Source: Trueperaceae bacterium
GTDB lineage: Bacteria; Deinococcota; Deinococci; Deinococcales; Trueperaceae
Assembly: GCA_965215565.1 (NCBI GenBank)
Contig: CBDCDZ010000004.1
Span: 544,001-608,000 of the forward strand
Reading direction: 5' to 3'
Length of the DNA stretch: 64,000 nt
Positions 56,113-64,000 of this stretch are shown here, one piece after another. How positions within the stretch are numbered: position 1 is the stretch's first letter; every line of letters starts with the position of its first letter. The notes beneath the pieces are model-generated. The model did not search any database, was not told where the DNA came from, and saw nothing but the letters and a program-made list of their open reading frames with translations. A program made the position numbers and the translations under genes.

Positions 56113-56595
56113 TTGGTTATCATGCTTTCGTCACCTTGTCAGAAAACACTGAAACGTAAACTTTTGAGCGGCGCTATTTTCGGTGTGACGAGTAGCGTTT
56201 TTTTCGCTTGCTTTTTCGTGTTGTTCGGTTCGGGTAGCCCTTCAAGTTTCGACCTCTACGCTCTCATACTGACTGCGCTTCCTGCTGCCACTATTGCTTT
56301 TTTAGTTACTCCAGGAGCTGATAAGCATATCGAGGACTGTTCGAAAGAGGATTCACTTTTAGCCGGTGCAGGCATTACAGCACTGACTTACCTCTCGAGC
56401 CTCGCTCTGTTGTTTTTTCACAGTGTCACCGAAACGCCGCCCAATAACTTTATAGGTTTCATTGAGCTACTCAATGACGGACTTGCTTTAGCCTGGATTG
56501 GCGCTTGGTTGATGCTCTTGCCCGCGCTACCTTTCAGCATGTTCGGCGGTTGGCTCTACAGACGCTTAGCGAAACGGACGCTCAGCACAAACTAA
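56113..56595 (+). CDS. Hypothetical membrane protein
   Basis: Four hydrophobic segments; start uncertain. Confidence 0.5.
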   Translation: MVIMLSSPCQKTLKRKLLSGAIFGVTSSVFFACFFVLFGSGSPSSFDLYALILTALPAATIAFLVTPGADKHIEDCSKEDSLLAGAGITALTYLSSLALLFFHSVTETPPNNFIGFIELLNDGLALAWIGAWLMLLPALPFSMFGGWLYRRLAKRTLSTN

Positions 56596-56608
56596 AGCGT
56601 CTCACCTC

Positions 56609-57247
56609 TTATTTGCTCTTCCCCCCACCACTCAGCGCCGCCCCCACACCAAGCAACACATAGATACTCCCGCTCACGTAGTGCTGAACGCTAAGAAACC
56701 GTCGGCTCTGCTTGAGCCAGGTGCCAAATGAGCCTGCCAAGAGCGCGTAAAGTCCGTCACTCAAGAGACCGATGACGATAAACAGCGCACCGAGCACGAG
56801 AATCTGCACCTCGATATTGCTTTTTGAGACGGCGACGAACTGCGGCAGAAAGGCGAGGAAGAAGATAGCCGACTTGGGGTTGAGCACGTTGATGACGACG
56901 CCCTCGAGGAAAATCTTACGAAGCGGTTGCAGAGTTATCTCACCTGCTTGGGGGGCGGCAGGTCGACTCAGGAGTTTATGCACACCCAGATAGATGAGGT
57001 ACGCCGCGCCTAAATATTTAACGAGGCTAAACGCAACGGCTGAGGACGCGAGCAGCGCGGAGATGCCTAATGCCGCCGCAAAGATGTGGACGAGCGCGCC
57101 GACAGCCGCGCCTAAAACAGAGACCAAGCCCGCCGTGCGCCCCTGCTCCAAGCTGCGGGCGACGACGTAGAGCACGACGGGACCAGGTGTAACAACCAGA
57201 GCGAACGCCGCGCCTGCAAAGAGAAGGAGGGTGGGGATGTCGGGCAT
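56609..57247 (-). CDS. LysE/RhtB-family translocator
   Basis: TPGP, KYLGAAYLIYLG, NVLNPKSAIFFLAFLPQF. Confidence 0.93.
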   Translation of the reverse strand: MPDIPTLLLFAGAAFALVVTPGPVVLYVVARSLEQGRTAGLVSVLGAAVGALVHIFAAALGISALLASSAVAFSLVKYLGAAYLIYLGVHKLLSRPAAPQAGEITLQPLRKIFLEGVVINVLNPKSAIFFLAFLPQFVAVSKSNIEVQILVLGALFIVIGLLSDGLYALLAGSFGTWLKQSRRFLSVQHYVSGSIYVLLGVGAALSGGGKSK

Positions 57248-57280
57248 GATTGGACCTCTTTCTGAAAACAGTTAAAAGCA

Positions 57281-57362
57281 ACGAGCAATGAGTGACGAGT
57301 AAAAACTTTTTAGACTCATTGCTCATTGCTCGGAACTCATTGCTTCTCTTTCCTCATTGCTC
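57281..57362. repeat. Short CTCATTG-type heptamer repeats with an inverted copy
   Basis: GAGCAATGAG followed by several CTCATTGCT units. Confidence 0.6.
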
Positions 57363-57495
57363 GGTAGGTGAAGGCACAGGTGATCGCTGAACAGGTGAAG
57401 GCTAAGAGCCTATAGAGCTTTGCTCTAACCTGTGCGACCGGCTTTACGCCGTAACCTGTAAAGCCTTTGAGCTTCGCTCTAACCTGTACTCATTG

Positions 57496-58581
57496 CTATA
57501 CTTTTAGCCGCTCGTACTCGTTTTCAGACGGCAAACCCCACACCGCCCAAAACTCGCCCGTCGCAGGTCTCATGATCGCTGCGCCGCACGACTCGACGTG
57601 GTGGGGTGGCTTGGAGGTGACGCAGATGGCGTCGGGGTCTCTCGTCACGGCTTTTAAGTCCTCTTCGGTGATGTCGCCTTTCGCTAAGAGGTTATGACCT
57701 CTTTGCAGTCGCGCTTCAGAACTCGCTTGTGAGGTCTCTTCGCGGGTGCGTTCGACGCCGCGTGTCGAAGAGGTCAGGCAGTGGTTCGTGTGAACGAGTG
57801 GTTCGTCCCCTAACTCGGTGATATGTGTACGCGTCGGCATCGCTTCGACGTTGTAGCCTCTGCCCGTTTTATCCATCAAGAGATAGTTGTGTGCGCCTGC
57901 GAGTTTGACGTCGGTGATGCAGGCTAAAGCGTCATCTGCGGTGGACTGCTCGAGCGCTTTGCGAATCACAAAAGGCCACGTCACGCCGACTTGCCCGTCC
58001 GCGCCGCCCAAGTTGTTGATGCCGATGGCGACGCCCTCGCTGTTCATGCCGATCATCCCGACGCAACCTACCGTTGTAAAGGCTAAAAACTCGGGCTTAC
58101 CTTCCAGTTTGCCGCGCAGCATGACGACGTGCGGCGTGGCGCTGTCGTGCATGTCCCAGGTTTGTCCGTAGAAACCTCTTTGATTTGCGGACGCGCTATT
58201 CGGAACGAGAAACGAGGTGCAGTTGTCCGCGCCTGCGTGAGCGGGGACTTTCGAGGAATGCGCGTTATACACCAAGTCCACGAAGTCGGTAAAACCGCCC
58301 ACGATGACCAGTTCCGCTAGGCTCAAGCCCGTCGCCTCACCGACACCTCTTAGCTCGTCCAGCAAATGCGGCGCGTAGCGCTCGTGTTCGTCCACGCACG
58401 CCTCAGCTAGCGCTAGGACCTCTTGCCTGGACAAATCTTGCCCGGACCACTTAGCGTCGCCGCTCAGCTTCACGCGCTCGCGGGTGAATTCTACGATGTC
58501 CTCCTTGAACGCCTGCCCGTGCTTGTAGCCCATCTCAAAAGAGGTGCCGGAAAGCTCCAACACCCGTAGCTTCTTCGTCAT
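57496..58581 (-). CDS. C45-family Ntn hydrolase/acyltransferase
   Basis: NCTSF catalytic Cys, GQTWD, GMNSEG, HTNH. Confidence 0.85.
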   Translation of the reverse strand: MTKKLRVLELSGTSFEMGYKHGQAFKEDIVEFTRERVKLSGDAKWSGQDLSRQEVLALAEACVDEHERYAPHLLDELRGVGEATGLSLAELVIVGGFTDFVDLVYNAHSSKVPAHAGADNCTSFLVPNSASANQRGFYGQTWDMHDSATPHVVMLRGKLEGKPEFLAFTTVGCVGMIGMNSEGVAIGINNLGGADGQVGVTWPFVIRKALEQSTADDALACITDVKLAGAHNYLLMDKTGRGYNVEAMPTRTHITELGDEPLVHTNHCLTSSTRGVERTREETSQASSEARLQRGHNLLAKGDITEEDLKAVTRDPDAICVTSKPPHHVESCGAAIMRPATGEFWAVWGLPSENEYERLKV

Positions 58582-58650
58582 AAAGGACAGTTTAACAGAT
58601 GAGGCGACGCCTCTTCGCTCATCATTTAAGGACGTGTTAGGTTAGGACGG

Positions 58651-59118
58651 ATGGACTTCGACAAGGTAGATAGAAAGATTTTGAGCATCTTGCGCGAGAA
58701 TGGGCGGGCAAGCCATGCGATGATCGCCAAAGAGGTCGGATTGAGCGCACCTGCAGTGGGCGAAAGGGTGCGCAAGCTCGAGTCGAGTGGCGTCATCGCT
58801 GGATACCAGGCGGTCTTGAACCCGGACGCATTAGGCTTGGGCATCTGCGCGTTCGTCTCCATCGCGCCGCAGCCGCGCAACCCCGGCGCAAGCCTCGTTG
58901 ACAACCTCATGACGCTGCCCGAAATCGAGGAGTTACACGCTGTCGCGGGTCAGTACAGCTACGTCGCGAAGGTGCGCGTGCCGACGACGCAGGATTTGGA
59001 CGAGTTTTTGGACCGGCTCTGGATTTTAGAGGGCGTGGAGCGGGCGCAGACGACGATGGTCTTGCGCACGAGCTTGGAGCGCCCCGTCCACCTCCCTTTC
59101 GAATTTGAAGAGGTCTAA
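58651..59118 (+). CDS. Lrp/AsnC-family transcriptional regulator
   Basis: DRKILSILRENGRAS...VGLSAPAVGERVRKLE. Confidence 0.93.
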   Translation: MDFDKVDRKILSILRENGRASHAMIAKEVGLSAPAVGERVRKLESSGVIAGYQAVLNPDALGLGICAFVSIAPQPRNPGASLVDNLMTLPEIEELHAVAGQYSYVAKVRVPTTQDLDEFLDRLWILEGVERAQTTMVLRTSLERPVHLPFEFEEV

Positions 59119-60297
59119 ATGACCGTCCCTAAAACGGTTCGCGCGTTAGGCGAAGACGACTTGGAGCAGATGTTCGCGGTGCGTGAGGTGGCGTTTTTAG
59201 AGTCCTCAGACCTCAGCGACCCCAAGACGCTGCAACGCTACCGAGACCGGCTCCCCTATACAAGAGGTTATTTCGACGAGGGCACGCTCACGAGCGTCTA
59301 CACCCTCTTTCCCTTCGAGATGTACCTGGCGGGTAGGCGCGTGAAGATGGGCGGTCTGGCGGGCGTGGCGAGCAAACCCGAATACCGGCGGCGCGGTCAC
59401 ATCGCTAAGTTGTTAAAGGACGCCTTGGAGCAACTGCGCGCGGCGGGCGTCGGCTGGTGCTTGGAGTACCCCTTTGACCCGCGCTTTTATGCGCGCTACG
59501 GTTGGCAGAGCGTGAAGAGCGGTGCGCTGGTTGAAGTTCCGAGTGAGAGGTTATTGAGGGGGCGTGCGCCAGACGCCGTAAGGCTCGAGCGAGGCGACGC
59601 CCCACAGCTCGAGTCGATCTACAAGAGGTGGGCGCAGGGCTACAACTTCACGCTCTCGAGAGACGACGGCGCACGCCCCGACTGGACCTGGCACGTCAGG
59701 CGTCCTTGGGAGGCGCGCGACAGGTTGATCTACAAACTAGGGGACGCCTACTGCCTCTTGGATTTCCGCGAAGATGAAACAGGGCGGAGCGTGCTGAACG
59801 TTCACGACTACGCCTTCCTTTCACCCGAAGGACGCCACAACCTCTTTGCATTTCTCGGCTCTTTTCATGGACAAGTTGACGTCGTTAGTTTGCACCTGCC
59901 GAGTGGCGAGCCGCACCTCTTGGACTGGCAAGCGTACGTTCACAAAAATGACGAGGCGTTGCAGGCTCGAGTCGTGGACGTAAAAATAGCGTTGGAATCC
60001 CTCTCGAGCACTAGAGAAACCTCTTTCACCTTGCGCGTGGCGGACGATTTCTGTGAACGGAACAACCAAACGTTCGCCGTCACGTTAGGCGAAAAAACCG
60101 AGATGGCGCTTGCCCAGACCTCTTCACCGGACCTCTCGCTCGACGTTAAAACGCTTGCACTTCTACTGTCGGGCAGCCTAAATGCGACGGAGGCGCGGCG
60201 TGCCGGGCTCCTCGAGGGAGATGTCGAAGTGGCGAGGGCGCTAGCGTCTCTCGCAGGCGAGCGAACCTCATTTATGCCCCTTTCAGATTATTTCTAA
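59119..60297 (+). CDS. Eis-like GNAT acetyltransferase with C-terminal SCP2-like domain
   Basis: VASKPEYRRRG, YPF..FYARYGW, ARVVDV. Confidence 0.85.
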   Translation: MTVPKTVRALGEDDLEQMFAVREVAFLESSDLSDPKTLQRYRDRLPYTRGYFDEGTLTSVYTLFPFEMYLAGRRVKMGGLAGVASKPEYRRRGHIAKLLKDALEQLRAAGVGWCLEYPFDPRFYARYGWQSVKSGALVEVPSERLLRGRAPDAVRLERGDAPQLESIYKRWAQGYNFTLSRDDGARPDWTWHVRRPWEARDRLIYKLGDAYCLLDFREDETGRSVLNVHDYAFLSPEGRHNLFAFLGSFHGQVDVVSLHLPSGEPHLLDWQAYVHKNDEALQARVVDVKIALESLSSTRETSFTLRVADDFCERNNQTFAVTLGEKTEMALAQTSSPDLSLDVKTLALLLSGSLNATEARRAGLLEGDVEVARALASLAGERTSFMPLSDYF

Positions 60298-60439
60298 TTT
60301 TCTGTACTTTCTCTCGGTTCAGACAGCTTCAGTCAGTATTCGAAACCCACGTGACTTAGCTTCGTAGCGAGAATCTGCGCCGAGATTCTCGAATTCTAAA
60401 ACTATTGACAAATTATCTAAATGCTTGTACTATTCGCTC

Positions 60440-61627
60440 ATGAAAATCTTTTTTGGTAGGACCTTACGTAAACTTCTCTACGTCCTTCCTCTCACCTCAC
60501 TCCTCCTCTCGAGCTGCTCCTCTGCACAAGCGCCCAGCGACTTGAGCAGCCCTGAAGGGGTAGAAGCTTATCTAAAAAATCAGATAAATGAGGGAAGTCG
60601 AGATGTCGCCCTCGCCGTTTACAGCGTCAATGAGGACGGCACACTCAGCTCGGACAACGCGCTCACGTATAACGAAAACGCGCCGCTGCCGCTCGCTTCG
60701 ACGGTAAAAATCGTGGTTTTAGCCGCTTACGCGCAGGCGGTGGCGGAAGGAACTTTGAACCCGGACGAAGAGGTCAGCGTGAGGGATTGGGAGGCGTACT
60801 ATCTGCCTTTTACCGATGGCGGCGTACACCCCTTGGTACTCGAGTCCTTGGGTATCGCGACGGACGAACTCGGGTTCGCAGAGGAAGATGTAAGCGTCCG
60901 CTTGGACGACATCGCGAGCGCCATGATCGTTCCGAGCGATAACGCGGCGACGGATTACCTCATGAACCGCCTTGGCGACGCGGCGTTGGCGCGCGTGATC
61001 GAGGAGAATGATCTGTCCCAGCAAGAGGTCCCGCTGAGCATCCTCGGCATGTTCCTCGCATGGCAAAATGCCGACAGTCCGCAATTCACGCAGTATCCAG
61101 AAGGTGAGTTTAGAGCCGCCGCCGAGCGCTACGAGGCACGCTACCTCACCGACGCCGCTTGGCGCGAGGCGCAGCTAGAGTGGCTACAGTCTCCCACCTC
61201 TTCTCCGAGCAGTTACGAGGAGCAAGTCGAGACGTTCCAGGCGTTTGCCAGCGGCAGCGCCGAGGACTACGCCCGCATCATGGCGGGTGTGGTGAGCGAG
61301 ACCTTTATGGGTGCCGAGGCAAGTCAGGTGATGCGGCGTCACTTGGAATGGCCCATGCAGATTCCGGGCAACGAAGAGGTCTTTCAGACATTTGGAGCAA
61401 AGGGGGGCAGTTTACCGGGCATCGTCACTGAGGCGTCGTATCTCGTCCCGAAAGAGGGCGACTTCGCGGGCGAGCCGCGCGTCGCCGTGCTCTTTCTCAA
61501 CCGTCTGAGTGAGGCGGCTTCGGGAGGTCTCACAGAGAGCTTCGCGCAGCAAACCGTCTTAATTCAACTTGCGGCAGACCGCACTACCGTAGAAAGTTTC
61601 GCTGATACAATGCGGCTTAGTGAGTGA
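60440..61627 (+). CDS. Class-A beta-lactamase-like serine hydrolase lipoprotein
   Basis: Lipobox LSSC; ASTVK, SDNAATD, KGGS; promoter TTGACA-17-TACTAT just before the ATG. Confidence 0.85.
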   Translation: MKIFFGRTLRKLLYVLPLTSLLLSSCSSAQAPSDLSSPEGVEAYLKNQINEGSRDVALAVYSVNEDGTLSSDNALTYNENAPLPLASTVKIVVLAAYAQAVAEGTLNPDEEVSVRDWEAYYLPFTDGGVHPLVLESLGIATDELGFAEEDVSVRLDDIASAMIVPSDNAATDYLMNRLGDAALARVIEENDLSQQEVPLSILGMFLAWQNADSPQFTQYPEGEFRAAAERYEARYLTDAAWREAQLEWLQSPTSSPSSYEEQVETFQAFASGSAEDYARIMAGVVSETFMGAEASQVMRRHLEWPMQIPGNEEVFQTFGAKGGSLPGIVTEASYLVPKEGDFAGEPRVAVLFLNRLSEAASGGLTESFAQQTVLIQLAADRTTVESFADTMRLSE

Positions 61628-62219
61628 CACACGCGAAAATAGCAACGTACGTAAAGATGAGGTAGGAGAACTTAGGCGGCGTTTAGCAGAGGTCGAGAAG
61701 CGGGTGGGGAGGCTCGAGAACCCTACGCTCGCTCGAGCTAAGGATGAGTCCTCACCCGACGAGGTTGACTACGCGCTCCTGGACCGGCTGAGCCGCCGCG
61801 CCGCGCCCGAATACCGCAGCGAGCACGCAAAAGGCGCGGTGACCTATGCGGGCGCGTACCGCTCACCCAACGGCGAGTTCATCTGGCAGAGCGAACGCCC
61901 CGCTCCGCTCCTTTTACACGCCTCGGCGGACGAACTAAGTGTGACGCTCGCCGCCCTCGCTCACGGCGCACGCCTCACCATCGTGCAGTACCTCTTGGAG
62001 CACGGTCCGAGCGAACGCGGCACGCTGCAAGACCTCATCGGGACCGCCTCATCGGGGCAGCTCTACCATCACCTCAATACGCTTTTGGACGCGGGCGTGA
62101 TCGTGCTGCTGAGGCGCGGTGTATACAGCGTACCGGCGGAGAACCTCATCAAGCTGCTCGCGCTGCTGAGCGCGGCGTACGACTTGGGGGAGAATGCGCC
62201 CGCGAGAGGTGGCGAGTAG
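61620..62219 (+). CDS. ArsR-like winged-helix regulator
   Basis: LAALAHGARLTIV...SSGQLYHHL...RRGVY. Confidence 0.8.
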   Translation: MSDTRENSNVRKDEVGELRRRLAEVEKRVGRLENPTLARAKDESSPDEVDYALLDRLSRRAAPEYRSEHAKGAVTYAGAYRSPNGEFIWQSERPAPLLLHASADELSVTLAALAHGARLTIVQYLLEHGPSERGTLQDLIGTASSGQLYHHLNTLLDAGVIVLLRRGVYSVPAENLIKLLALLSAAYDLGENAPARGGE

Positions 62220-62236
62220 CGCGCTATGCGAAATCC

Positions 62237-63559
62237 TCAGTCCGTGCCGACGACGGGCATCTCGAGCGCGTTCTTGACCGCCGACTCCAACTTGCTCAAG
62301 CCTTCGTCTAGTTCGTCATCACTCATATTGATGGGTGGGAGTAGCCGGATAACGTTGCTGTAGGTGCCGGTTGGCAAGAGGATGAGCCCGTTGTCTCTCG
62401 CGTGGGTGACGATCGCTTCGGCGGCGGCTGGGTTGGGCGTTTTGCCGTCTTCGAAGGCGAACTCGAGCCCCACCATCGCCCCCACGCCCCGCACGTCGCC
62501 GAGTTGCGCGTGGTCTTCTTGCAGCGTGCTGAGGCGCTCCCTTATCACTGCGCCGATCTCTTGTGCCCGCCCTAAAAGTCCCTCCTCTTCGATGACCTCC
62601 AAGGTGGCTAGAGCGGCGGCGCACGCGGTGGGGTTGCCACCGAAGGTCGAGCCGAGCTGACCGGGCTGAACCTGGTCCATGACCTCTTCCTTGCCGACGA
62701 CTGCCGAGACGGGGAAGCCCGAGGAGAGCGCCTTGGCGCTCGTCACCAGGTCCGGCTCTAAAGCGTGGTGGTCCACTGCCCACCACGCGCCCGTGCGCCC
62801 GATGCCCGACTGAATCTCGTCGTCGATCCACAGTGCGCCGATCTCGTCACAGTATTCGCGCAGGGCGCGTAAGAATTCGGGGGGCGCAGGGATGAAGCCG
62901 CCCTCGCCCGCGACGGGCTCCAACAAAAATGCCGCCACCTCGCCCTCGCCGACGGTGTACTTGACCATATTGCGAAGCTGCGTGAGGTCACTTTGGCAGC
63001 AGCTTCCGTCGTTGTTGCGCCCGGTGTAGGGGCAGCGGTAGCAGTACGGGTACTGGGCGCGGTAGATTTCGGCGGCGCGGGGCGCGAAGCCCGCCTTGTA
63101 GGGGTTCGCTTTACCCGTCAGCGAGAGTGCCATGTGCGTGCGCCCGTGAAAGGCGTGCGTAAAAGCGACGACGCCGGGGCGACCGGTGGCGACGCGGGCA
63201 ATCTTCACCGCGTTCTCGACGGCTTCCGCGCCCGAATTGATCAAGAAGGTCTTTTTGGGTGAGGGTCCCGGCGCGATCTCACCCAACTTCTCGCAGAGCT
63301 GGATGTAGCTTTCGTGCATCCCCACCGCGAAGCAGAGGTGCTGGAAGGTCTCGCTCTGCTTGCGCACCGCCTCCACGACTTTGGGATGCGAATGTCCGAT
63401 GTTCATGACCGCGATACCCGTGGACCAGTCGAGGTACTTGTTGCCCTCCGTATCCCACAGATACGAGCCTTCCGCCCGCTGCGGGTAGAACGGGTGGATG
63501 GAGTAGACGGCGTCTGCCACCGCTCGGGCACGCCGCGCCGCAAGTTTTTCACTGCTCAC
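62237..63559 (-). CDS. gabT: 4-aminobutyrate aminotransferase (class III PLP enzyme)
   Basis: SGAEAVENAVK, FHGRT, EPVAGEGG, DEIQSG, STFGGNP; GTG after AGGAGG. Confidence 0.85.
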   Translation of the reverse strand: MSSEKLAARRARAVADAVYSIHPFYPQRAEGSYLWDTEGNKYLDWSTGIAVMNIGHSHPKVVEAVRKQSETFQHLCFAVGMHESYIQLCEKLGEIAPGPSPKKTFLINSGAEAVENAVKIARVATGRPGVVAFTHAFHGRTHMALSLTGKANPYKAGFAPRAAEIYRAQYPYCYRCPYTGRNNDGSCCQSDLTQLRNMVKYTVGEGEVAAFLLEPVAGEGGFIPAPPEFLRALREYCDEIGALWIDDEIQSGIGRTGAWWAVDHHALEPDLVTSAKALSSGFPVSAVVGKEEVMDQVQPGQLGSTFGGNPTACAAALATLEVIEEEGLLGRAQEIGAVIRERLSTLQEDHAQLGDVRGVGAMVGLEFAFEDGKTPNPAAAEAIVTHARDNGLILLPTGTYSNVIRLLPPINMSDDELDEGLSKLESAVKNALEMPVVGTD

Positions 63560-63735
63560 ACTCAACCTCCTTTGTATTTTTACTTAATAAAGTTAAAGAG
63601 AAAGTAATTTTTCCCTTCGGTATAAAGGTAGTTTAGCCCGTTGACGACGCAATCGTAAAATTCATTATTATCTTATCACGTTCTTTGTGCGTCTCGGCGA
63701 GGTGTGAAGCGGCGCACTTTCCTATAAACTAACCT

Positions 63736-64000
63736 ATGACCTTTGATGCGATCATTTTTGACATGGACGGTACGCTTATCGACACCGACGACCTCCACTT
63801 CCGCGCCTACCAAGAGGTGCTCTTTAAGAGAGACAAGGAGATCGACCGTGACTTCTACAACGCCGAGATGAGCGGGCGCTCCAACATGGAGATTCTGCGC
63901 GACCTGTTCCCCAGTCTCTCAGACGAGGAGCGGCGCGAGATCGAGGAGGAGAAAGAGGCGAAGTTTCGCTCGTTCGCTGGAGACTTAGAGCCTAAGCCTG
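63736..64000 (+). CDS. HAD-family phosphatase (partial)
   Basis: Manual translation MTFDAIIFDMDGTLIDTD (DxDGT motif); leaderless after TAAACT. Confidence 0.85.
   Translation, partial: MTFDAIIFDMDGTLIDTDDLHFRAYQEVLFKRDKEIDRDFYNAEMSGRSNMEILRDLFPSLSDEERREIEEEKEAKFRSFAGDLEPKP

Noticed and set aside
57281..57490. Short intergenic repeats as a CRISPR array
   Set aside because: Units are 7-15 bp with no regular spacers and no cas genes nearby

Overview
GC-rich bacterial chromosomal window. It is most consistent with Deinococcota (Truepera-like), inferred from gene content, CIRCE plus HAIR boxes and many leaderless genes with a -10 box just before the start codon. Housekeeping genes include groESL, mrp/apbC, guaA, gyrB, methylmalonyl-CoA mutase, glpFKD and gabT. 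The main accessory feature is an ~18 kb five-gene surface-protein operon (11762-29788) of DUF11-type Ig-like proteins plus a probable outer-membrane beta-barrel. Several subunits end in a DUF11 domain missing its final Asn-bearing strand, and two begin with exactly such a strand. This suggests a head-to-tail, strand-complemented and possibly isopeptide-crosslinked filament (inference). Other notable features: a 191-bp structured non-coding unit in two inverted copies around a modular lipoprotein gene, an integron-cassette-like rpiB inside a MoxR/vWA pair, a solitary TIR-like effector, an ATPase+TPR pair, TA genes, two MITE-like repeat families and strong enrichment of CTCGAG. A cluster of frameshifts at 22100-23220 may be sequencing error. 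No rRNA, tRNA or CRISPR array was recognised.
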